Made by a program: the position numbers and the translations under genes | Origin: Cuniculiplasma divulgatum | Lineage (GTDB): Archaea > Thermoplasmatota > Thermoplasmata > Thermoplasmatales > Thermoplasmataceae | Direction: 5' to 3' | Length of the DNA: 32,000 nt | NCBI RefSeq assembly: GCF_900083515.1 | Contig: NZ_LT671858.1 | Span: 300,001 to 332,000, forward strand | The notes under the pieces: model-generated | The model's database searches: none | Seen by the model: only the letters and a program-made list of their open reading frames with translations | Told to the model about the DNA's origin: nothing | Shown here: positions 9,802-17,594 of the stretch, one piece after another | How the letters are laid out: each line of letters begins with the position of its first letter | How positions within the stretch are numbered: the first letter of the stretch is position 1

Positions 9802-10647
9802 ATGGAAAGTGTCCAGTCGATCATGACTCCAGACCCTGTAATATTTAAACTACCCTCCACAGTCGCACAGGCAGTTTCAGTTTTGATTAAGAATAACATT
9901 ACGGGAATGCCAGTTGTTAATTCTAACGGAAAATACGTTGGAATAATATCAAGAAGAGACGTTTTCGCAAATCCCGAAGAAACTCAGGCAACCAGAATTA
10001 CAAGAAGCGAACCATCCATTAGGGAAGACACAGAAATAAGAGAAGCAGCCATATTGATGGTTAAGGAAAAGAGAAGACATGCCGCAATTGTTAACAGCAA
10101 AGAAGAAGTAATTGGAATTCTTACACCGCAGGACTTTCTGAAAACGATTGAAAAATCCTATGGAAATATCATAGTTAAGGAGATAATGAAAAGTCTTGCC
10201 TTCCCGATATGGGAAAAAACTCCCCTTCCAGTCGTTTATAGATCTATGAGACTTACTGGCATATTCACATATCCAGTAACAGATTCCCACGGGAATTTCA
10301 AGGGATTGATCACGGACAGGGACCTTTTCGACAAAATCGATGTAAGTACTGTAAGAGTTGATGACGTTGAAACAATGTCAGAAGACGATCCCTGGTCATG
10401 GGATTCTGTTAGAAACGTGGTCTCGTATTTTATAGAACGAAATCACCTGAAGATTCCCGAGGATCCAGCGGAGTCCATAGCTATTAGAAAGCCAGTCGTG
10501 GCAAATCTTAACGAAAGACTTGCTCTTGTAGCAAGAAAGATGAGGGATGGCAATTTTAATCAGCTCCCCGTCACATCGAGCGTCAATGGTCTTGAAGGAA
10601 TATTGACCGATCTTGATATTCTTTCTGTATTCATGAAAGAAAAATAA
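9802..10647 (+). CDS. CBS-domain protein (four tandem CBS motifs)
   Basis: 281 aa with four repeats of the CBS pattern: IMTPDPV...GMPVVNSNGKYVGIISRRDV, HAAIVNSKEEVIGILTPQDF, IFTYPVTDSHGNFKGLITDRDL and FNQLPVTSSVNGLEGILTDLDI. No other domain. Confidence 0.8.
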   Translation: MESVQSIMTPDPVIFKLPSTVAQAVSVLIKNNITGMPVVNSNGKYVGIISRRDVFANPEETQATRITRSEPSIREDTEIREAAILMVKEKRRHAAIVNSKEEVIGILTPQDFLKTIEKSYGNIIVKEIMKSLAFPIWEKTPLPVVYRSMRLTGIFTYPVTDSHGNFKGLITDRDLFDKIDVSTVRVDDVETMSEDDPWSWDSVRNVVSYFIERNHLKIPEDPAESIAIRKPVVANLNERLALVARKMRDGNFNQLPVTSSVNGLEGILTDLDILSVFMKEK

Positions 10648-10677
10648 TAATCAAATAGGAGTCAGAGATGGGGTAGA

Positions 10678-12147
10678 ATGAACGGAGTGGACGAACTGGA
10701 AGTCATGATTGAATTATCAAAAAGGAGAGGGTTCTTCTGGCCATCATTTTCTATTTATGGCGGCTCTGCTGGATTTAATGATTACGGCCCACTTGGTTCA
10801 ATACTGAAATCTAGAATATATCAGGAATGGAAAAATGAGTTTACAAGAATAGGTGCAATCGAGATAGACTCACCAAACCTCACACCGGAAGCAGTTCTGA
10901 AAGCTTCAGGTCACGTGGATAAGTTTATAGATATGGCCATAACCTGTTCTAAATGTAAAACAAGATACAAGCTTGAAAATATAATAGAGAGTAACGGTGG
11001 CTCTAAAATACCTGAGACACTGGAAGAGGCTAAAGCTATTGTAGAAAATGGCAACTTCAAATGCCAGAAATGTGGCACGGTCTTAACAGACCCATACGAA
11101 TTTCATCTGATGTTTGAAACAAGATCCGGTAATGAAACAATGTATCTAAGACCTGAAACAGCCCAGGGAATATTTGTCAATTTCAAGTTACTTCTAAATT
11201 ACAACAGGGGAAAACTTCCCATGATAGTAATACAGCAGGGAAAAGGGTTCAGGAATGAAATTTCACCAAGGCAGGGAATAATAAGACAGAAGGAGTTCAA
11301 CATGGCTGAGGCAGAAGTTTTCCTTGAACCAGACAGTCAGGATAATTTCATCCCCAGAGACGAAAACCAGATTACACTTCATGATATGTATTCTAGGGAG
11401 CATAAAATTACACTGCTAAATGCAGTTAAGTCGCATATTATAGGCTCCAATGATCATGCTTTCTTTATGGAAACTGTCTACAGATTAGCCATAAAAATAG
11501 GTATTTCCAAAGAACGGCTTAGATTCAGGCAGCACAGGAAGGATGAACTTGCACACTACTCGAAGGAGTGCTGGGATTTAGAGGTTAGGATTAACGATTC
11601 CTGGCTCGAGATAGCCGGTATAGCCGATAGGGGGACGTATGATCTTTCCAGGCACATCCGGGAATCAGGTCAAAACCTGTTTTATGAAGGAGAAAAAATA
11701 GCAAGGGTACTGGAGCCCTCAATAGGCATGGACAGGATGATAGCGGCAGCAATAATATCAAACATGAAGAAAAGAGAAAATGAATACTCGTACCTTACTT
11801 TTCCGTCAGAGATGGCACCATACAGGGTAGCCATCCTTCCATTACAGAAAAAGGATGGATTACTGGAAAAGGCGAAAGAGATATTTGCAAAAATCCAGGA
11901 AATTGAGCCATATTCAGTATTTGATGAATCAGGGGCCATAGGAAGAAGATATGCCAGACAGGATGAAATAGGAACACCCTTCTGCATAACAGTAGATTAT
12001 GACACGCTTGAAAGGGATGTGGTAACCATAAGGGAGAGAAACTCAATGAAACAGATAAGAGAAGTTAAGGTGGATACTATTGTGAACTATCCAGTATTCC
12101 TTAAGAATCCTGTTTTGGACGAATTTAAAAAAATGAATTTAAATTAA
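10678..12147 (+). CDS. glyS: Glycine--tRNA ligase, archaeal/eukaryotic alpha2 type
   Basis: Has RRGFFWPSFSIYGG..GFNDYGPLG, LRPETAQGIFVNF, FRNEISPRQGIIRQKEF, SIGMDR and a C-terminal anticodon-binding block (RVAILPL...GRRYARQDEIGTPFCITVDYDT). The CxxC...CxxC insertion is typical of archaeal GlyRS. Confidence 0.9.
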   Translation: MNGVDELEVMIELSKRRGFFWPSFSIYGGSAGFNDYGPLGSILKSRIYQEWKNEFTRIGAIEIDSPNLTPEAVLKASGHVDKFIDMAITCSKCKTRYKLENIIESNGGSKIPETLEEAKAIVENGNFKCQKCGTVLTDPYEFHLMFETRSGNETMYLRPETAQGIFVNFKLLLNYNRGKLPMIVIQQGKGFRNEISPRQGIIRQKEFNMAEAEVFLEPDSQDNFIPRDENQITLHDMYSREHKITLLNAVKSHIIGSNDHAFFMETVYRLAIKIGISKERLRFRQHRKDELAHYSKECWDLEVRINDSWLEIAGIADRGTYDLSRHIRESGQNLFYEGEKIARVLEPSIGMDRMIAAAIISNMKKRENEYSYLTFPSEMAPYRVAILPLQKKDGLLEKAKEIFAKIQEIEPYSVFDESGAIGRRYARQDEIGTPFCITVDYDTLERDVVTIRERNSMKQIREVKVDTIVNYPVFLKNPVLDEFKKMNLN

Positions 12148-12323
12148 TGAAAATCTAAAATTTCATATCTGTTTTTAGAATTGGTTCCCACTCATCAATT
12201 TCTCTATACTTCGTGAATGTTGATGTAATCTGTTTTTTCATTCTAAATTTTTTCCAAACGAAAGGATCATGTAAATTCTGAAAATGAGGACATATTAACA
12301 AATATATTAATAATTAATTAATT

Positions 12324-13007
12324 ATGCACCTTCAAGTGACTGTCAACTGCAAAATATCCATAGTGATTCCAACAATGAATGAAGGAAGAACAATTGGTAA
12401 GGTCATAGATGATCTCCAGTATCTTAATCCTTTTGAGATCATAGTTGTGGACACAAACTCTACGGATAAAACCAGAGAGATTGCCTCAAAAAAGGGTGCA
12501 AAAGTCCTGGAAGAACCACGTAGAGGATATGGTAGAGCTTATAAAACAGGCATCAGGGAAGCAAATGGGGAAATTATTGTTTGCCTCGATGGCGATGGAA
12601 CTTATCCGGCAGAGGCAATTGGCCCCCTAATAGAGCTATTATTCATTGATAAGGTTGACTTCATCTCATGTGACAGGATGACACTGAGAACAACGTACAC
12701 TTACACCACATTACACCTTATAGGAAATAAGATTCTTAACAAAACTCTGGCAATTCTATATGGTTTCAGATTATACGATTCTCAAAGTGGTATGTGGATT
12801 TTTCGGAAAGATTTATATGCTAAAATGAAAAATCTCAGTGATGGAATGTCATATTCACAGGATATAAAAATTGAGGCTATGCGAAATGGCAGATTGATTG
12901 AAGTGCCAATTGTTTACGGTGTAAGAATAACGAAACCGAAGCTTAATACATGGGAGGATGGTTTTCACAATCTCTTTGAACTTTTCATTAAATACGTGAA
13001 TAAGTAA
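12324..13007 (+). CDS. GT2-family glycosyltransferase (dolichyl-phosphate sugar synthase-like)
   Basis: ISIVIPTMNEGRTIGKVI...EIIVVDTNSTDKTREIA...GYGRAYKTG...IVCLDGDGTYP shows the GT-A fold with a DxD (DGD) motif. Short soluble form, 227 aa. The start could also be the GTG at 12336. Confidence 0.8.
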   Translation: MHLQVTVNCKISIVIPTMNEGRTIGKVIDDLQYLNPFEIIVVDTNSTDKTREIASKKGAKVLEEPRRGYGRAYKTGIREANGEIIVCLDGDGTYPAEAIGPLIELLFIDKVDFISCDRMTLRTTYTYTTLHLIGNKILNKTLAILYGFRLYDSQSGMWIFRKDLYAKMKNLSDGMSYSQDIKIEAMRNGRLIEVPIVYGVRITKPKLNTWEDGFHNLFELFIKYVNK

Positions 13008-13166
13008 TAGATAAGGTGATCTTAGGCGTCGTTGAGAACTATATATAACAATCACTTGAAGATTGCATTCCTTAAGATATTTTTATCAAACGATAACCTT
13101 TAAGCAAAAAGGTTTGATTTAGCTCTAAAAGTGCAGATATGAGAACATATTGAGATTTTTCCAAAC

Positions 13167-13179
13167 TTTAAAATATAAA
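13167..13179 (+). promoter_or_regulatory. TATA-box-like element upstream of the PAC2 gene
   Basis: TTTAAAATATAAA is centred about 24-25 nt upstream of the ATG at 13198. That geometry fits an archaeal leaderless transcript. Inference from spacing only. Confidence 0.35.
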
Positions 13180-13197
13180 GTTTGTCTATATCTATTC

Positions 13198-13947
13198 ATG
13201 GAAAATAACCAGACAAAGGTTGGCGTCATATGCAATGAAGATATACACTTCAACAACCCTATTGTTATAGGAGGCTTCATCGGACAGACTACATTGGGTG
13301 TAACAACAACAAGTTATATCATAGAACAGTTTGGTTTGCACGAAGTTGCAAAGTTGAAATCTCACCAAATAGCTCCGGTTACAGTATTTGTTGGTGGAAA
13401 GATGAGAAGCCCTTTCAGAATATATTCCAACGATAAGGGAACGTTAATGGTTATCCAGTGTGAGGTTCCAGTAGATATTGAGGGTCTATACGAAATTACA
13501 GAAACATTAATGGAGTGGATCAAGCCATTCAACCCCAAAGAATTTGTAATCATAGACGGTGTTCCAGTAGAAGATCTTCCTGAGGAGAGACAGGCTTATC
13601 TGGTAGCCGGTCTAGATAGAATTGAAAGTCTGAAGAGTAGTGGAATAACCATTGCAGAAGCCGCTTTAATCGGTGGAATGGGTGGTGCCATCCTTAATGA
13701 GAGCATCCTCACAGGACAGAATGCAATTGCTCTTTTAACAAATGTATCGGTTGCAATTCCCGATCACGACGCCGTACTATCTGTTATTAAGGCTTTGAAC
13801 ATTATTTACAAGTTAGGAATAAAAACAACTGTGCTTGAGGAAAGTGTGAAAAAGATACATGAGGAAATATCAAAGGTAGCCAGTGAATATAAAACTGCAA
13901 CAGCTGATCAGGATTCTTTAACAGGCCCAGACTCAATATACAGGTGA
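13198..13947 (+). CDS. PAC2-family protein (proteasome assembly chaperone-like, COG1938)
   Basis: MENNQTKVGVICNEDIHFNNPIVIGGFIGQTTLGVTTTSYIIEQFGL...APVTVFVGGKMRSPFRIY... resembles archaeal PAC2/PbaB-type proteins from memory. The track start 13150 is a TTG; the ATG at 13198 fits the TATA spacing. Confidence 0.55.
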   Translation: MENNQTKVGVICNEDIHFNNPIVIGGFIGQTTLGVTTTSYIIEQFGLHEVAKLKSHQIAPVTVFVGGKMRSPFRIYSNDKGTLMVIQCEVPVDIEGLYEITETLMEWIKPFNPKEFVIIDGVPVEDLPEERQAYLVAGLDRIESLKSSGITIAEAALIGGMGGAILNESILTGQNAIALLTNVSVAIPDHDAVLSVIKALNIIYKLGIKTTVLEESVKKIHEEISKVASEYKTATADQDSLTGPDSIYR

Positions 13948-13957
13948 AAATTTAAAA

Positions 13958-14971
13958 ATGATAAAAGTTGCTATTAACGGGTATGGAACCATTGGTAGGA
14001 GAGTGGCAGATGCAGTCAGGGCTCAGAAAGATATGTCTGTGGCCGGTATAGTGAAAAGGAAGCCAGATTATGTGGCAAGGGAGGCATCAAGAAATTATCG
14101 TATATTCTCAAGTGATAAAGAATCATTGAAAGCCTTCTCACAATCAAGCATAGAAGCCGAAGGTACGATGGAGGAACTTCTGGATGATGTGGATATTGTT
14201 GTTGACGCAACTCCAGAGGGACAGGGAGAGAAAAATATACAGGTATACAAAACAGCAAGAAAAAAGGCCATATTTCAGGGAGGAGAATCAGCTGCACTTG
14301 TAGAAGCAAGCTTTAATGCCTATGGTAATTTTGTGGATTCATGGGGTAAGGATTACGTAAGGGTTGTTTCATGCAACACAACTGCAATGGCAAGGACAGT
14401 ATCAGCATGCATGGAAAAGTTCGGAGTAAGAAAGGTAGAAGCAACTATAATAAGAAGGGCAACCGATCCAAATGATAGTAAGAAAGGGCCCATTAATGCA
14501 ATTGAGCCGTCTCTGGGTTTTCCATCACACCACGGTCCAGATTTGAAGACAGTCCTGAAAATAGGAGAAGCCAATACAGTAGCAATAAAGGTACCAACAA
14601 CACTCATGCATGTGCATGTGGTAAATCTAACCCTAGAAAAAAGTATTACACAGGACGATACTCTGGATCTGTTTAAGGAATATGGAAGAATAATAACGGT
14701 ATCAGGGAAAGAAGGACTCATATCAACTGCCCAGTTGATGGATCTTGGGAAGGAAATGGGCAGAAAGAGGGGGGACTTATTCGAAATACCTGTTTGGAAG
14801 GAATCTATATTTGCGAACAATGATAATTTAAGATATATACAGGCAGTACATCAGGAGAGTGATGTAGTTCCAGAAAACGTTGATGCTATTAGATCAATGC
14901 TTCAGGAAAAGGATAAGGAAACATCCATAGAGGAAACAGATAGGGCAATGGAAATCAGGGGGAAAAATTAA
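13958..14971 (+). CDS. gap: Glyceraldehyde-3-phosphate dehydrogenase, archaeal class II
   Basis: [26 protein letters not shown] and the catalytic-Cys context VVSCNTT. A length of 337 aa is typical of archaeal GAPDH. Confidence 0.9.
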   Translation: MIKVAINGYGTIGRRVADAVRAQKDMSVAGIVKRKPDYVAREASRNYRIFSSDKESLKAFSQSSIEAEGTMEELLDDVDIVVDATPEGQGEKNIQVYKTARKKAIFQGGESAALVEASFNAYGNFVDSWGKDYVRVVSCNTTAMARTVSACMEKFGVRKVEATIIRRATDPNDSKKGPINAIEPSLGFPSHHGPDLKTVLKIGEANTVAIKVPTTLMHVHVVNLTLEKSITQDDTLDLFKEYGRIITVSGKEGLISTAQLMDLGKEMGRKRGDLFEIPVWKESIFANNDNLRYIQAVHQESDVVPENVDAIRSMLQEKDKETSIEETDRAMEIRGKN

Positions 14972-15966
14972 TGGAAAAAAATGAAAAGATGAAAAAAGAA
15001 GAAGATGTAAAGGACGAAGGCAAGAAACTGACAATAGAGGACATTCCAGGTGTAGGTGAAGCTACAGCAGAAAAACTCAGGGAAAATGGCCTTGATGATA
15101 TAATGGCCATTGCGACTGCCTCACCCAAGGATGTTTCTGAGCTTACTGGAATTGGAGAAGGGTCAGTTGCAAAGATTATTTCAGCAGCAAGAAAAATCGC
15201 TGATATAGGAAACTTTGAAACAGGAGAAGAGATATTCCAGAAAAGAAAGGATGTTTTAAGACTAACAACTGGGAGCAACAACCTGGATTCACTGCTTGGG
15301 GGAGGCCTTGAAACTCAGTCAATTACAGAATTCTTTGGGGAATTTGGTTCAGGTAAGACTCAAATTATGCATCAGCTTGCTGTAAACTGCACCATGCCTG
15401 AGGAAAAAGGTGGATTCAATTCAGATGTCCTGATCATAGACACTGAAAATACATTCAGACCAGAAAGAATCATACAGATGTCCAAATACAGAGAACTAGA
15501 CTCTGACGAGGTACTGAGAAGAATTCACGTTGCCAGGGCATATAATTCACATCATCAGATACTGCTTGGTGAAAAAGCCAGCGAAATGGCGAAGGAATAC
15601 AACGCTAAGCTCCTGATCGTTGATTCACTAACATCACATTTTCGTTCAGAATATATGGGAAGGGGATCACTGTCAGAAAGGCAACAATTGCTCAACAGGC
15701 ATATGCATGACCTGCTAAGATTTGGAACCCTCCAGAATGCAGTCATAGCGGTCACAAATCAGGTAGCCGCAAGACCGGATGTATTCTTTGGCGATCCAAC
15801 AGCACCGATCGGCGGAAATATAGTAGGGCATACAGCAACATTCAGAATATACCTTAGAAAGGGAAAGGCCGGGAAGAGAATTGCAAGATTAATAGACTCC
15901 CCCTATCTGCCGGAGGGAGAAGCTGTTATTCAGGTATCAGAAGATGGTATAATAGATGGAACATAG
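14971..15966 (+). CDS. radA: DNA repair and recombination protein RadA
   Basis: N-terminal HhH ([19 protein letters not shown]), Walker A (GEFGSGKTQ) and Walker B ([12 protein letters not shown]), then NQV...[20 protein letters not shown]. The start ATG shares one base with the gap stop (TAATG). Confidence 0.95.
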   Translation: MEKNEKMKKEEDVKDEGKKLTIEDIPGVGEATAEKLRENGLDDIMAIATASPKDVSELTGIGEGSVAKIISAARKIADIGNFETGEEIFQKRKDVLRLTTGSNNLDSLLGGGLETQSITEFFGEFGSGKTQIMHQLAVNCTMPEEKGGFNSDVLIIDTENTFRPERIIQMSKYRELDSDEVLRRIHVARAYNSHHQILLGEKASEMAKEYNAKLLIVDSLTSHFRSEYMGRGSLSERQQLLNRHMHDLLRFGTLQNAVIAVTNQVAARPDVFFGDPTAPIGGNIVGHTATFRIYLRKGKAGKRIARLIDSPYLPEGEAVIQVSEDGIIDGT

Positions 15967-16498
15967 GAGGGAAATGAACATGTGGGATTTGATAAACAAT
16001 GCCTTCGGTAAATACCCTTCTCAGATGAAGATAATAAAATATCTGATGAACTACGGGTTTTCTGTGAATGAGAAATTTGATGGTGAGTACTCTCTATACA
16101 GTGGTAAGGTAGAGGTGAGACCCAGCTCTCTTGCAGAGGCGATCGACGTGGATAAAAGGGTTGTAATACAGGTCATAAAGAAAATAAGAGAGGATCCAAA
16201 GTTGTTTGAATTCTTTAAAAAACTTAGACCAATAGCGGATATGAGCAGTGCTAGTTCTAAGCTTCTGGATCTTGGGATAGTAGAAATAAGGGCGGAAGAC
16301 CCCTCAAAGCCAGGAATAATAAGTTCCGTAATTAATCTAATTTCCAGCAGAGGTATTGGAATTAGGCAGGTAATGGTAAGCGATCCCATAATCAGTGATG
16401 AACCAGTTGCAAGAATAGTAACAGAAACCCCTATAACAACAGACCTCCTGAGTGAAATCAAGAAAATTAAGGGAATGGATTCCGTTGTAATGTTATGA
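15956..16498 (+). CDS. Putative ACT-domain regulator of amino-acid metabolism (COG2150-like)
   Basis: The N-terminal part ([16 protein letters not shown]...[20 protein letters not shown]) looks like a wHTH. The C-terminal part ([35 protein letters not shown]) looks like an ACT fold. This is a family call from memory. The start may instead be the ATG at 15974 or 15980; the latter lies 9 nt after a GGAGG at 15966-15970. Confidence 0.45.
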   Translation: MEHRREMNMWDLINNAFGKYPSQMKIIKYLMNYGFSVNEKFDGEYSLYSGKVEVRPSSLAEAIDVDKRVVIQVIKKIREDPKLFEFFKKLRPIADMSSASSKLLDLGIVEIRAEDPSKPGIISSVINLISSRGIGIRQVMVSDPIISDEPVARIVTETPITTDLLSEIKKIKGMDSVVML

Positions 16499-16550
16499 GA
16501 GAGGTGATAATACGGCACTAATTGGAAAGAAAGGGCAAAAGGAACAGGAT

Positions 16551-16883
16551 ATGGACGATACTATAGAGTATCTCGATCTTCAGGACTACAGATTTGACAC
16601 TTCTCAGGAAGGTGGAAGCCTGAAGTCTATAAAGGTGGTTGATGTAGAAAGAGCTGATCATGTATCAAGAGCAGCAAAACTTGCCTACCAGAAAAATATT
16701 GTAATCATTGATATAAGTAACGCAAATAAGGATCCAAATAACACAAATCAGATTGACGTATCCATAAGGAAGCTTGTAAAAGATATCAATGGTGATTTTG
16801 GAAAACTTGGCGAGTTCTATTACATAATAACGCCATCGGATGTATTCCTTGATAAGAAAAAGGTAAGGGACGATTACATCTAA
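16551..16883 (+). CDS. sepF: SepF-like (DUF552) protein, candidate FtsZ membrane anchor
   Basis: 110 aa. The pattern YLDLQDYRFDT...IKVVDVERADHVSRAAKLAYQKNIVIIDIS...INGDFGKLGEFYYIITPSDVFLDKKKV parallels archaeal SepF proteins as I recall them: an acidic N-terminus, a central VIxDI block and a C-terminal GD..K.G...IITP motif. Confidence 0.5.
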   Translation: MDDTIEYLDLQDYRFDTSQEGGSLKSIKVVDVERADHVSRAAKLAYQKNIVIIDISNANKDPNNTNQIDVSIRKLVKDINGDFGKLGEFYYIITPSDVFLDKKKVRDDYI

Positions 16884-16903
16884 GTCTTGAATTGGAAAGA
16901 GCG

Positions 16904-16909
16904 TTTTTT
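16904..16909 (+). terminator. Oligo-T tract downstream of the sepF-like gene
   Basis: A T6 run lies 21 nt after the stop at 16883. Archaeal intrinsic termination typically uses oligo-T tracts. Confidence 0.3.
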
Positions 16910-16960
16910 ATCAATAGATAAAACCTTACTTCAATCTGCTTCCTTTAGTAACAAAATATT

Positions 16961-16990
16961 TTAGAAAATGAAGAAAAATTCACTTCTTCA
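16961..16990 (-). terminator. Hairpin plus T-tract downstream of the minus-strand 86-aa ORF
   Basis: On the minus strand the sequence reads TGAAGAA-GTGAATTT-TTCTTCA followed by TTTTC. It begins 6 nt after the stop codon (16996-16998) and sits between convergent genes. Confidence 0.3.
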
Positions 16991-16995
16991 GAAAA

Positions 16996-17256
16996 TCACT
17001 GGCGATTCTCCAAGCCAATAAAAATTGCGAGTTTCCTTAACAGGAATATTATGATCTGCATTATCAATGCAACAGAGGAAAATACGAAAGCTATGTAAGA
17101 CATTGATCCTTCCCACTGAATCGCCGACCCAAAAGCTGTGAGGTCAGCAGGCGTGATCGATGCTAATATATCCAGATACAGCAGGTAAAACAACACTACG
17201 GCCAAAACATTAATTAAAAGACCTAAATACACCTTGTTTAACTTAAATCTTGCCAT
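16996..17256 (-). CDS. Hypothetical small membrane protein (two TM helices)
   Basis: 86 aa with an ATG start. Hydrophobic segments are LGLLINVLAVVLFYLLYLDIL and YIAFVFSSVALIMQIIIFLL. No family recognised, so coding status is uncertain. Confidence 0.4.
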   Translation of the reverse strand: MARFKLNKVYLGLLINVLAVVLFYLLYLDILASITPADLTAFGSAIQWEGSMSYIAFVFSSVALIMQIIIFLLRKLAIFIGLENRQ

Positions 17257-17563
17257 GAACTCTACTTAATGAAAATGTACATCTTATATTTTTCCATTAG
17301 CCATGTAAAACAACGTAATAACCAAGTATTTAGAATTACATTCGGTAGTATTGCAATAAAATGATTATCATATGGGGGATGATGATTTATTTCTGAATTC
17401 TAAAAAAACTGGATGCATAATATACAAGAAAATAATCTGGCAAATTCAAATAAAAAATATTGCAACTCTGATCATTAATTTCTAATCAAGCAATCAAAAA
17501 AAATTAAAAAATAAATAGGGTTAATTCTTTAGATATATAAACGTTCATAATCTAAGGAAATGA

Positions 17564-17571
17564 TTTATATA
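17564..17571 (+). promoter_or_regulatory. TATA-box-like element upstream of the binding-protein gene
   Basis: TTTATATA ends 24 nt before the ATG at 17595, which is leaderless geometry. A second candidate, AGATATATAAA at 17531-17541, would instead serve the ATG at 17574. Confidence 0.35.
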
Positions 17572-17594
17572 GGATGATAAACATACGCACGATA

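Noticed and set aside
9660-9899. A 79-aa minus-strand ORF in the sfsA/CBS divergent spacer.
   Set aside because: It overlaps the well-supported CBS gene start, its product has no recognisable features, and the region is better explained as two divergent promoters.
12445-12630. Short same-strand, out-of-frame ORFs inside annotated genes (12445..12630, 23121..23318, 29113..29316, 7612..7803, 2603..2812), considered as possible overlapping genes.
   Set aside because: They are 61-69 aa, lack start-context signals, and give products with biased composition and no motifs. This is consistent with random open frames.
13095-13114. A 7-bp hairpin, AACCTTT-N6-AAAGGTT, downstream of the GT2 gene, considered as a terminator.
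   Set aside because: It lies 88 nt past the stop, has a short AT-rich stem and is not followed by an oligo-T tract. There is not enough evidence to call it a feature.
16051-16518. Long antisense ORFs mirroring real genes, for example 16051..16518 (155 aa), 14353..14820, 22764..23225, 3339..3734, 27264..27644, 9949..10290, 5242..5574 and 14955..15281.
   Set aside because: Each lies entirely inside a gene with a strong family signature on the other strand. Their products are low-complexity, S/L/I/F-rich sequences with no recognisable motifs. They are shadow ORFs of the kind expected in AT-rich DNA with few antisense stop codons.
17379-17396. A C/D-box sRNA-like motif in the long spacer upstream of the binding-protein gene: AUGAUGA at 17379-17385 and CUGA at 17393-17396.
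   Set aside because: Only 7 nt separate the boxes, whereas archaeal guides need about 12 nt. There is no convincing C-prime/D pair at the right distance and no terminal stem. Most likely a chance match.
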